Part shown: in pieces, positions 56,926-64,000 of the stretch | Layout: each line of letters starts with the position of its first letter | How positions within the stretch are numbered: the stretch's first letter is position 1 | NCBI GenBank assembly: GCA_002708995.1 | Contig: PAPT01000032.1 | Location: 100,039 to 164,038, forward strand | From: Geminicoccus sp. | Lineage (GTDB): Bacteria; Pseudomonadota; Alphaproteobacteria; UBA7985 | Length of the DNA stretch: 64,000 nt | Direction: 5' to 3' | The notes under the pieces: model-generated | Told to the model about the DNA's origin: nothing | Databases searched by the model: none | Seen by the model: the letters and a program-made list of their open reading frames with translations, nothing else | Position numbers and translations under genes: made by a program

Positions 56926-58017
56926 ATGTTTGAGTGGCTGCTCAGCGACCAGATGGTCGGCAACATGCTCTACGTGAACAGCCTGCTGCTCATGGGGGGG
57001 ATCTACGCCCTTATGTGCCTGGGTCTGAACGTGCAGTGGGGCTTTACCGGCCTGTTCAACGCCGGGATCGCCGGGTTCGCGGCCGTTGGGGCCTATACCT
57101 ACGCGATCCTGACAACCTTTGCTTCCGGCATGCATATCGGCGGGTACGAACTGCCGATCTGGGTCGGCATGCTCGCCGCCATGATCACCAGTGGGATTAT
57201 CGCGCTAGCGATCGGGGCAATCTGTATCCGCCTGCGTGCGGACTACCTTGCCATCGCGACCATCGGCATCGCGGAGATCATCAAGCTGATCCTCAAAAAC
57301 GAGACCGCCATTACCAACGGCCCGCGCGGCGTTGCGAAAATCCCGCGCAGCTGGGAGCACCTTGGCGATGCCCGTGTGGCTGAAAAGCTGCCTTGGCGGC
57401 TGTTCGGTGAGCCTTCGGCCTACGAGGGCTTTTTCCGGGAATGGTACCCGCTGCTGTTCATGCTGACCGTGGTCGGTTTTGTGTTGCTGGTTTATCTGGC
57501 GCTGGAGATTGCGCGTACCTCGCCCTGGGGCCGGGTGATGACGGCGATTCGTGAAAATGAGGCTGCCGCCCGCGCTGCGGGAAAGAACGTGACCCGGCTG
57601 CGGATCGAATCCTTCGTGGTCGGCGCTGTCATTATAGGACTCGCGGGCGCATTTTACGCGCAGCAACTGCGGTTTATTGAACCTACCAACGCCTTTGACC
57701 CCACTAAATTGACCTTCCTTGTGTGGGTTATGTTGATCATGGGCGGCAGTGGGAATAACCGTGGCGCAGTCTTGGGTGGACTGATGCTCTGGGTGATATG
57801 GTCGGGAACGGAGCTGGTTATTCGCTTCGGCGCCAATGTTGTTGGCGATATTTTCCCCGATTTGTCGCCCAGTGTACTGGTCACCAAAGCAAGTTTCTTG
57901 CGCCTGTTCCTGATCGGGCTGATACTTCAGTTCGTCTTGCAGAGATTCCCGAAAGGGATACTACCCGAGGTGCGTCCCGCTGCCCTTGGGGGAAAAACCA
58001 ACGAAGTGCGGGACTAA
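56926..58017 (+). CDS. livM: ABC transporter permease (LivM-like)
   Basis: Immediately follows livH; LivM-family TM pattern. Confidence 0.8.
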   Translation: MFEWLLSDQMVGNMLYVNSLLLMGGIYALMCLGLNVQWGFTGLFNAGIAGFAAVGAYTYAILTTFASGMHIGGYELPIWVGMLAAMITSGIIALAIGAICIRLRADYLAIATIGIAEIIKLILKNETAITNGPRGVAKIPRSWEHLGDARVAEKLPWRLFGEPSAYEGFFREWYPLLFMLTVVGFVLLVYLALEIARTSPWGRVMTAIRENEAAARAAGKNVTRLRIESFVVGAVIIGLAGAFYAQQLRFIEPTNAFDPTKLTFLVWVMLIMGGSGNNRGAVLGGLMLWVIWSGTELVIRFGANVVGDIFPDLSPSVLVTKASFLRLFLIGLILQFVLQRFPKGILPEVRPAALGGKTNEVRD

Positions 58018-58037
58018 CGTCTTTGGAGGAAATACCC

Positions 58038-59276
58038 ATGAAAAAGACTCTTCTGGTAAGCGCAGCGGTAATGGCTTTCGCCTCTGTGGCTTCCGCTCAG
58101 GTCAAAGTCGGTAACCCGATGGCCGTTACCGGCCCGATCCCGGACCTCGTCGCCCCCATGGTTGACGCGGTTAACCTCGCTGTTGCTCACGTGAACGAGC
58201 AGGGTGGCGTTCTGGGTCAAGAATACGTAATGGTCGCTGCCGACTCTGGCTGTGATCCGGCTGCTGCCGTCGACGCCGTCACCAAGCTGGTGAACGTTGA
58301 TCAGGTTTCCGCCCTCATCGGTCCGGTTTGTTCCGGCGCCACCATCGCACAGGCGACCTCGGTTGCTATTCCTGCTGGTGTTGTGACCCTGTCCGTTTCT
58401 GCTTCTTCGCCAGCGATTTCCACGCTGGAAGAAGGCACTGACCTGGTCTTCCGTACCGCTGCTTCCGATGCTTACCAGGGTGTTGCTCTGGCTGAGCTGG
58501 CTATGGCTTCCGGCATCAGCGATATCGCTGTTTCCTACGCTCAGGACGACTACAACGCTGCTCTGGCAGCTGTATTCGCCGAGGCCTTTGCTGCAATGGG
58601 CGGCAACGTCACCGCGAACGAAGCACATGAGCCGGATAAGGCTTCCTACCGTTCTGAAGTTGCCACCATGGGCTCCACCTCCGACAACCTCGCGCTGTTC
58701 GCGTACTACGGTTCCGGCGGTATCACCCTGATGCGTAACGCTTTGGAAACCGGCGCGTTCTCGACCTTCATCGGTGCTGACGGCATGCTGTCTCAGGAAA
58801 CCATCGACCAGATCGGTGGCGAGAACATGGGTGCTGCAACCTTCACCACCTCTGCTTCTGACCCAAGCCGTGACGCCTTCCAGGCGTGGGCTGCGCTGGC
58901 TGAAGCTGCTGGTGTACCAGCGTCCGATCCGTTCGTTGCGAACTCCTACGATGCAGCCTTCATGATGGCTCTGGCGATCGAAGCGGCTGGCTCTGCTGAC
59001 CGTGACGGTATCGCTGCTGGCCTGCGGGCGATCTCCGGCCCAGACGGCGAAACTATCCTGCCGGGTGAGTTCGCTAAGGCGAAGGAAATCCTCGCTGCTG
59101 GTGGTTCTATCAACTACGACGGCGGTTCTGGCCCACAGGACTTCGATGGTAACGGCGACGTTGCTGGTTTCTTCAGCGCGAACGTTGTCGTGCCGAAGGG
59201 TTCCGAGACCAAGCTGACCATTGGCTCCAAGTCCTACGACCCTGAGTACGTGTGGTCATCGACGCTGCTGAACTAA
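58038..59276 (+). CDS. Periplasmic substrate-binding protein (LivK/amide-urea-type, PBP type I)
   Basis: Signal peptide MKKTLLVSAAVMAFASVASAQ; type I periplasmic-binding fold; AGGAG RBS. Confidence 0.8.
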   Translation: MKKTLLVSAAVMAFASVASAQVKVGNPMAVTGPIPDLVAPMVDAVNLAVAHVNEQGGVLGQEYVMVAADSGCDPAAAVDAVTKLVNVDQVSALIGPVCSGATIAQATSVAIPAGVVTLSVSASSPAISTLEEGTDLVFRTAASDAYQGVALAELAMASGISDIAVSYAQDDYNAALAAVFAEAFAAMGGNVTANEAHEPDKASYRSEVATMGSTSDNLALFAYYGSGGITLMRNALETGAFSTFIGADGMLSQETIDQIGGENMGAATFTTSASDPSRDAFQAWAALAEAAGVPASDPFVANSYDAAFMMALAIEAAGSADRDGIAAGLRAISGPDGETILPGEFAKAKEILAAGGSINYDGGSGPQDFDGNGDVAGFFSANVVVPKGSETKLTIGSKSYDPEYVWSSTLLN

Positions 59277-59312
59277 GTCAGCAGACTGTCCTTTGAGGCG
59301 TTGGGTGCGTTC

Positions 59313-59367
59313 CCGGCGCTGAAGCGGCGCTGGTCCTCGTTAGGGGGTCAGCGCCGTTTTCTTTTTT
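59313..59367 (+). terminator. Rho-independent terminator after the substrate-binding protein gene
   Basis: CGGCGCTG…CAGCGCCG stem followed by TTTTCTTTTTT. Confidence 0.6.
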
Positions 59368-59397
59368 GGGGGGCGACCTGTTGCGCAGGGTGCGCGT

Positions 59398-59434
59398 GGG
59401 AGATTTGAAAGCCGCGAAGCGGCGTCAAATCGAG
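59398..59434. repeat. 37-bp GAA-loop hairpin repeat, copy A (GGGAGATTTGAAAGCCGCGAAGCGGCGTCAAATCGAG)
   Basis: Reverse complement of 62368..62404 with a single mismatch. A related copy lies at ~59481..59518. Confidence 0.75.
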
Positions 59435-59696
59435 CGCGCCACCATGACCTTTCATGCTGGAAGTGCTCACTTTCTGTATCTGCAGGCCGCGAAGCGGCCC
59501 AGGCTCAAGCGCGCAACCTAAGGCATTTGTTACAGCGCCAGTCGCCGTTCACTGGCGCAGAAAAGCACCCACCCGCGCTGACAAAGTTCCCGAGTGACAC
59601 GCCGGTGACGCTCAGGCGCAAGAACCGAGCTACAGACGTGTTTGGCTGGACGTCACACAATGCGGCGAGAGCCAGAAGAGCCAGAAGGGGCTGAGC

Positions 59697-62126
59697 GTGA
59701 AGCGTCAAACCGAAGCCGTCATCATTGGAGGCGGAGTCATTGGGTGTTCGATCGCCTATCACCTCGCCAAGCTCGGCATGAACGATGTTACGCTGCTGGA
59801 GCGTCAGGAGCTGACCAGCGGGTCATCCTGGCACGCGGCCGGGGGCGTCCATGGGCTTCATGATACCAACAACATCGCCCGGCTGCAGTACTACACCATG
59901 AATCTGTACCGCGAACTGGAGCAGGAAACCGGGCAGTCCGTCGGGTTCCACCAGACCGGATACCTCTACCTCGCCCAGACCGAAGACCGCGCGCACCAGC
60001 TACGGATCAGTGCGGCCAAAGCCCGCCAGTTTTCTGGGGTCGAATTTCACGAGATCAGCCTAGAAGAGGCGGCTCAGCGTCACCCTTTCGTCAATCTTGA
60101 CGGCATACGAATGGCGGTCTGGGAGTCCGAAAGTGGCCACGTCGACGTCAACGGCGTCACCCACGCCTATGCGCAGGCGGCCCGCAACCGCGGCGTCAGC
60201 ATCGAACGGTTCTGCCCTGTGCTGGAGACCAACCCGCGCCCCGATGGCGGCTGGGACGTGGTCACGGAACAGGGGACGATCCAGACCCGGGTGCTGGTCA
60301 ACGCGGCGGGCCTCTGGGGGCGGGAAGTGGCACGGTTGGCAGGCCTCGAGCTGCCGCTGATGCCGCTTGAGCACCAGTACTTCGTCACTGAGGAGATACC
60401 CGAGGTCGCCGCGCTCGACTTTGAACTGCCCGCCGTCGCGGACCGGGACGGTGAGTACTATCTGCGCCAGGAGGGCAAGGGCTTTCTGGTGGGCGCCTAT
60501 GAGCGCGATGGCCGCTACTGGTCTGAGAACGGCACGCCGCTCGACTTTGGTCATGAACTGCTCAACGACGATCTCGACCGGATCGCTGATAACGTCATGC
60601 GGGCCTGTGAGCGGCTTCCAGCGCTCGGGGAAGCAGGCATCAAGCGGGTGATCAACGGTCCCATGATCTGGTCACCGGATGCGGCTGCTCTGCTTGGTCC
60701 TGTGCCAGAATTACGCAACTACTACACCGCCTGCGGCATTATTCCCGGGTTCTCACAGTCCGGGGGCCTGGGGCTGACGCTCGCCCAGTGGATCATCGAC
60801 GGTGAACCCGAGTACGATATGTTCCCTTGGGACATGGCGCGCTATGGCGATTGGGCCGGGAAGGCCTTCACAAAGGCCCGCACGCTGGAGACCTACGGTA
60901 CCCGCTTTTCGATCCATTTCCCCTTCGAGGAGCGCGAAGGCGGGCGCCCCGTCCGCAAGCGCCCGGTCTATGACCTGCAGAAACAACTGGGGGCTGTGTT
61001 CGGGCTTAATTTCGGCTGGGAGCATCCGCTCTGGTACGCCCCGGAAGGCGTGGCGGCCGAGGACAGCTATGGCTTCGAGCGTCAGGACTGGTGGCACCAC
61101 GTCGGCGCTGAATGCCGCACGCTTCGGTCCGGGGTTGGGATCATCGATGTCTCTAACTTTGCCAAGTATGAGATCAAGGGGAGCGGCGCAGCACGCTGGT
61201 TGAACCAGGTGGTGGCAAACCGGGTGCCGACAGAGGTTGGGCGCTCGTGTCTGACGCCTTTGCTGTCTGTCAGGGGCGGGATCGCCGGCGACTTCACCAT
61301 TACCATGCTCGATGAGGAGCACTTTCTGATGATCGGCTCCGGGATGGCCGAACGCTACCACCGCCGCTATTTCAACGCGGTGCCGCGGCCGGAAAGCGTC
61401 AGCTTTCAAAGCATGACCAGCGGCTGGGCGGGCTTCAACGTCGCCGGGCCCTCAGCGCGGGAACTGCTGGGGCGGCTGACCAACGACGACATCAGCAACG
61501 AGGCCTTCCGCTTCATGCGCTCGCGTCAGATGACCGTAGCGGGGCTGGCAGCCAAGGTGCTGCGTGTGAGCTTTACCGGAGATCTGGGCTACGAGATTTA
61601 TGTCTCGGAAGCCGACCAGCAAGCCCTCTGTCAGGCCCTGTTGCACGCCGGCGAAGAACTGTCGGTGCGGCCGGTCGGGTCCCGGGCGCTGATGAGCTTG
61701 CGTCTGGAGAAGGGTTACGGTTCATGGGGGCGGGAATACTCGCCGGAGTACTGGCCGCAGGAGGTCGGGCTCGACCGGCTGATCAAGCTCGATAAGGATG
61801 AGGATTTTCTTGGCAAGCAGGCCTACATGGACCTGATGGACCGGCCACCCCGGGAGCAGCTGGTGGTCATGCGGGTCGACACCCCGAACAACGCTGATCC
61901 TGTCGGCGGTGAGCCGATCTTCTCTACCGCGGGCAACTATATCGGTAGGGTAAGCTCCGGGGGTTACTCCTATACCATCGAGCAGGGCCTCGCGCTGGGT
62001 TTCCTAAAGCCGGAGTACTGCGAACCGGGGACGGCCGTGGACGTGGCGGCGCTGGGCATGCCGCATGCAGGTACGGTTCTGGGCGAAGCGCCCTTTGATC
62101 CCTCTGGCGTGCGTCTGCGCTGCTAG
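59697..62126 (+). CDS. Dimethylglycine/sarcosine dehydrogenase-family protein (FAD oxidoreductase fused to a GcvT aminomethyltransferase domain), GTG start
   Basis: EAVIIGGGVIGCSIAYHLA FAD motif, then a GcvT-like folate-binding C-terminal half; 809 aa. Confidence 0.85.
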   Translation: MKRQTEAVIIGGGVIGCSIAYHLAKLGMNDVTLLERQELTSGSSWHAAGGVHGLHDTNNIARLQYYTMNLYRELEQETGQSVGFHQTGYLYLAQTEDRAHQLRISAAKARQFSGVEFHEISLEEAAQRHPFVNLDGIRMAVWESESGHVDVNGVTHAYAQAARNRGVSIERFCPVLETNPRPDGGWDVVTEQGTIQTRVLVNAAGLWGREVARLAGLELPLMPLEHQYFVTEEIPEVAALDFELPAVADRDGEYYLRQEGKGFLVGAYERDGRYWSENGTPLDFGHELLNDDLDRIADNVMRACERLPALGEAGIKRVINGPMIWSPDAAALLGPVPELRNYYTACGIIPGFSQSGGLGLTLAQWIIDGEPEYDMFPWDMARYGDWAGKAFTKARTLETYGTRFSIHFPFEEREGGRPVRKRPVYDLQKQLGAVFGLNFGWEHPLWYAPEGVAAEDSYGFERQDWWHHVGAECRTLRSGVGIIDVSNFAKYEIKGSGAARWLNQVVANRVPTEVGRSCLTPLLSVRGGIAGDFTITMLDEEHFLMIGSGMAERYHRRYFNAVPRPESVSFQSMTSGWAGFNVAGPSARELLGRLTNDDISNEAFRFMRSRQMTVAGLAAKVLRVSFTGDLGYEIYVSEADQQALCQALLHAGEELSVRPVGSRALMSLRLEKGYGSWGREYSPEYWPQEVGLDRLIKLDKDEDFLGKQAYMDLMDRPPREQLVVMRVDTPNNADPVGGEPIFSTAGNYIGRVSSGGYSYTIEQGLALGFLKPEYCEPGTAVDVAALGMPHAGTVLGEAPFDPSGVRLRC

Positions 62127-62151
62127 CGTGATGATCGTCACCAGCGGGCTT

Positions 62152-62224
62152 CCGCCGCCGATGTAGATTTGCGCAACGCTTGGCTCCGCCGCCGATGTAG
62201 ATTTGCGCAACGCTTGGCTCCGCC
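62152..62224. repeat. Tandem direct repeat, 34-bp unit (GCCGATGTAGATTTGCGCAACGCTTGGCTCCGCC) x ~2.1
   Basis: Exact period-34 duplication read from the sequence. Confidence 0.8.
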
Positions 62225-62257
62225 GCGCGAAGCGCGGTTGGGGACAAGTCGGCGCAA
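62209..62257. repeat. ~48-bp REP-like repeat, copy 1 (…GCTTGGCTCCGCCGCGCGAAGCGCGGTTGGGGACAAGTCGGCGCAA)
   Basis: Near-identical to 62588..62635; contains the hairpin CCGCGC-GAA-GCGCGG. Confidence 0.65.
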
Positions 62258-62367
62258 TTTCCTTTGGTTTACATTTAACACGCACCGCTTTGAGCGTTGT
62301 TTCTTTGAAGATCTCCAACACGCTCAAAGACGAAGCCGTTTTGAGCGTAAATTGAAATGATTGCGGG

Positions 62368-62404
62368 CTCGATTTGACGCCACTTCGCGGCTTTCAAATC
62401 TCCC
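62368..62404. repeat. 37-bp GAA-loop hairpin repeat, copy B (inverted relative to copy A)
   Basis: CTCGATTTGACGCCACTTCGCGGCTTTCAAATCTCCC is the reverse complement of copy A with 1 mismatch. Confidence 0.75.
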
Positions 62405-62587
62405 CCGCGCAACTAAACAGACAGGCTACGCTCCAAGCGGCCAAGGCCCGAGCGCGCCACCTGTCCGTTGATACCTAAAGCGCGGAATTCATCCTGAGCC
62501 CGTCTAAGGACTTAGCCTGTGGTGCCAGCGAAGAACGCCAACGCGCTCACGGCGAAGCTTTTTGAGCACACGGTAGGAACTTGCGTG

Positions 62588-62635
62588 ACGCTTGGCCCCG
62601 CCGCGCGGCGCGCGGTCGGGGACAAGTCGGCGCAA
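62588..62635. repeat. ~48-bp REP-like repeat, copy 2
   Basis: GCTTGGCCCCGCCGCGCGGCGCGCGGTCGGGGACAAGTCGGCGCAA. Confidence 0.65.
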
Positions 62636-62827
62636 AACACCCCGGTTGATCCACCGTTTCCCAGGCCATCGCCGAGCCTTTCTCGCAAACCAGCGCCACC
62701 CCAGCCCAGCGGTGGCTGCATGAGCTCCGCCTTGGTCGGCGGGCCATTCGCCCTATCTCTTTATCGCGGCGGCGTGCCATTGCATCCCCCGCCCTATGTA
62801 CATTGTCAGTTATGAGGAAACGCACCC

Positions 62828-63331
62828 ATGAAAAAGCTGTTTGCTTCCGCCGCTGTTGCCCTTGCCGCTCTGGCCTTTGGCGCCGCACCTGTTGCTGTTG
62901 CCGAAGACGCGCAGCCCAATATCTACCAGACCGCTCAAGCAGCCGGCAGCTTCAACGTTCTGCTCGCCGCTGTGGACGCAGCTGGCTTCGATTCCATCCT
63001 GCAGGGTGAAGGCCCGCTGACGGTATTCGCGCCAGTCGATGAAGTCTTCGCTAACCTGCCAGAAGGCACAGTCGAGGCCCTGCTAGCCGAAGAAGGCATG
63101 GTGACGCTGAAGGCGATCCTCGGCTACCACGTCGTACCGGGCAAGATCATGGCGGCCGACCTCGTGGGCCAGACCATGGAGCTGCAGACCGCTGCGGGCA
63201 TCCCGCTGTCGGTCGATGGCACGGGTGAAGCGGTCATCCTTGGCGGCGCGGCACCTGTCGTCAGCGCTGACATCGAGACCGCCAACGGCGTTATCCACGT
63301 CATCGCCGGGATTCTGCTGCCGGGCCAGTAA
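62828..63331 (+). CDS. Fasciclin (FAS1) domain protein, secreted
   Basis: Signal peptide plus the FAS1 motifs TVFAPVDEVFANL and GVIHVI. Confidence 0.85.
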   Translation: MKKLFASAAVALAALAFGAAPVAVAEDAQPNIYQTAQAAGSFNVLLAAVDAAGFDSILQGEGPLTVFAPVDEVFANLPEGTVEALLAEEGMVTLKAILGYHVVPGKIMAADLVGQTMELQTAAGIPLSVDGTGEAVILGGAAPVVSADIETANGVIHVIAGILLPGQ

Positions 63332-63390
63332 GCCCAGACCATCCCGCTTGCCGGTTCTCTGGCGAGCGCCTTACCGGCCCGCTCCGTCGT

Positions 63391-63989
63391 TCAGTTGACG
63401 GGGCGGCGTAGGGCCCGCTCGACGAGCCGGCCCATCAGGTCGATGCGAACCCCGATATCGATGTCGCCGCGCGCCATGATGTCGGCGAGAAAAGACCCAG
63501 TCTTGCGGCGCAACGCCGTCAGCCAGTCCGGGTCCTCGCAAGGCCACTCGGCGAAGCCGAACCACCGCTCACTGCCGTAGTCAAATAGATCCCGTGCGCC
63601 CCCGGACCCGAGCGCCCGGTGACGGTCAACACGGCCTCGTTCTCCTTGAGCTGATAGCCCGTGGGAGAGCTGAAGTAGCTGTAGCCGCCGAACACCTGCT
63701 CGCCGTAGGGGCTCACCACCCCATCCAGCGCCAGCATCACGTCGACGATCATCAGCTGCCCCAGGGCGTCGAACTGCAGGTTCACCTCATGCCCGGCATC
63801 GCGGAAGGTTATTACCGTCTCCTGCAGCCCGTAGGCGCCGCTCGCGCTGTAATAGCCCGGGGAAGGCCGCTCATCTGAGATCTGCGCCCGTGCCGGGCTC
63901 ACCATGGCGCCAAGGAGCAGCGCTATCCCTAGGATAAGCCACCGGCCCGGCACCGCCATCGGCCAGGGGGCCAGACCACCCGCCACCAC
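63391..63989 (-). pseudogene. Secreted hypothetical protein gene interrupted by a frameshift in a G5/C5 homopolymer (63599..63603). Either a sequencing error or a genuine pseudogene.
   Basis: Frame A (63519..63989) encodes a signal peptide plus mature region up to …TVTGRSGPG. Frame B continues …ARDLFDYGSERWFGFAEWPCEDPDW…RRPVN to a stop at 63391. Adding one G/C to the homopolymer joins them. Confidence 0.5.
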
Positions 63990-64000
63990 CGGAAACCACA

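Noticed and set aside
62519-62815. 98-aa ORF and others inside the repeat-rich region
   Set aside because: They lie within REP-like repeats; Pro/Ala-rich; no RBS.
1-64000. CRISPR arrays, IS elements, prophage genes, toxin-antitoxin pairs
   Set aside because: None recognised. The only repeats are short REP-like hairpin elements, and no cas genes are present.

Overview
High-GC (~65%) chromosomal segment with alphaproteobacterial, Rhodobacterales/Paracoccus-like gene content and order: zinc-ribbon–ftsEX, plsC, zapE, argJ–mutT, aceA–ramB, ispG–ribF–ileS–lspA–DUF3035–M16–M16, hemA (ALA synthase), folD, msrP, rpmA, dusA, a liv-type ABC transporter and a dimethylglycine-dehydrogenase-like gene. The window is gene-dense, almost entirely core/housekeeping with long co-directional runs, and contains one tRNA-Val(GAC). 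I found no CRISPR array, no IS element or integrase, and no phage genes. The items that the ordinary annotation does not explain are: (1) two tandem, paralogous, very large secreted proteins of unknown function between plsC and zapE; (2) a ribosomal protein L27 gene carrying a ~140-aa Lys/Ala-rich plus helix-hairpin-helix-like C-terminal extension, with no rplU next to it; (3) a secreted barnase-like ribonuclease with no adjacent inhibitor gene; (4) a GNAT–Nudix (MutT) fusion ORF after argJ; (5) a probable plcP–agt phosphate-stress lipid-remodelling pair; (6) a perfect 7-2-7 palindrome between divergent aceA and ramB; (7) a serralysin-like RTX metalloprotease with no type I secretion genes nearby; (8) a low-GC intergenic islet with a strong-RBS mini-ORF and a terminator; (9) a family of GAA-loop hairpin (REP-like) repeats, including a 37-bp inverted pair, bracketing the dmgdh-like gene; (10) a gene disrupted by a homopolymer frameshift. 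Protein-family assignments rest on motifs I recognise in the supplied translations. No database search was possible.
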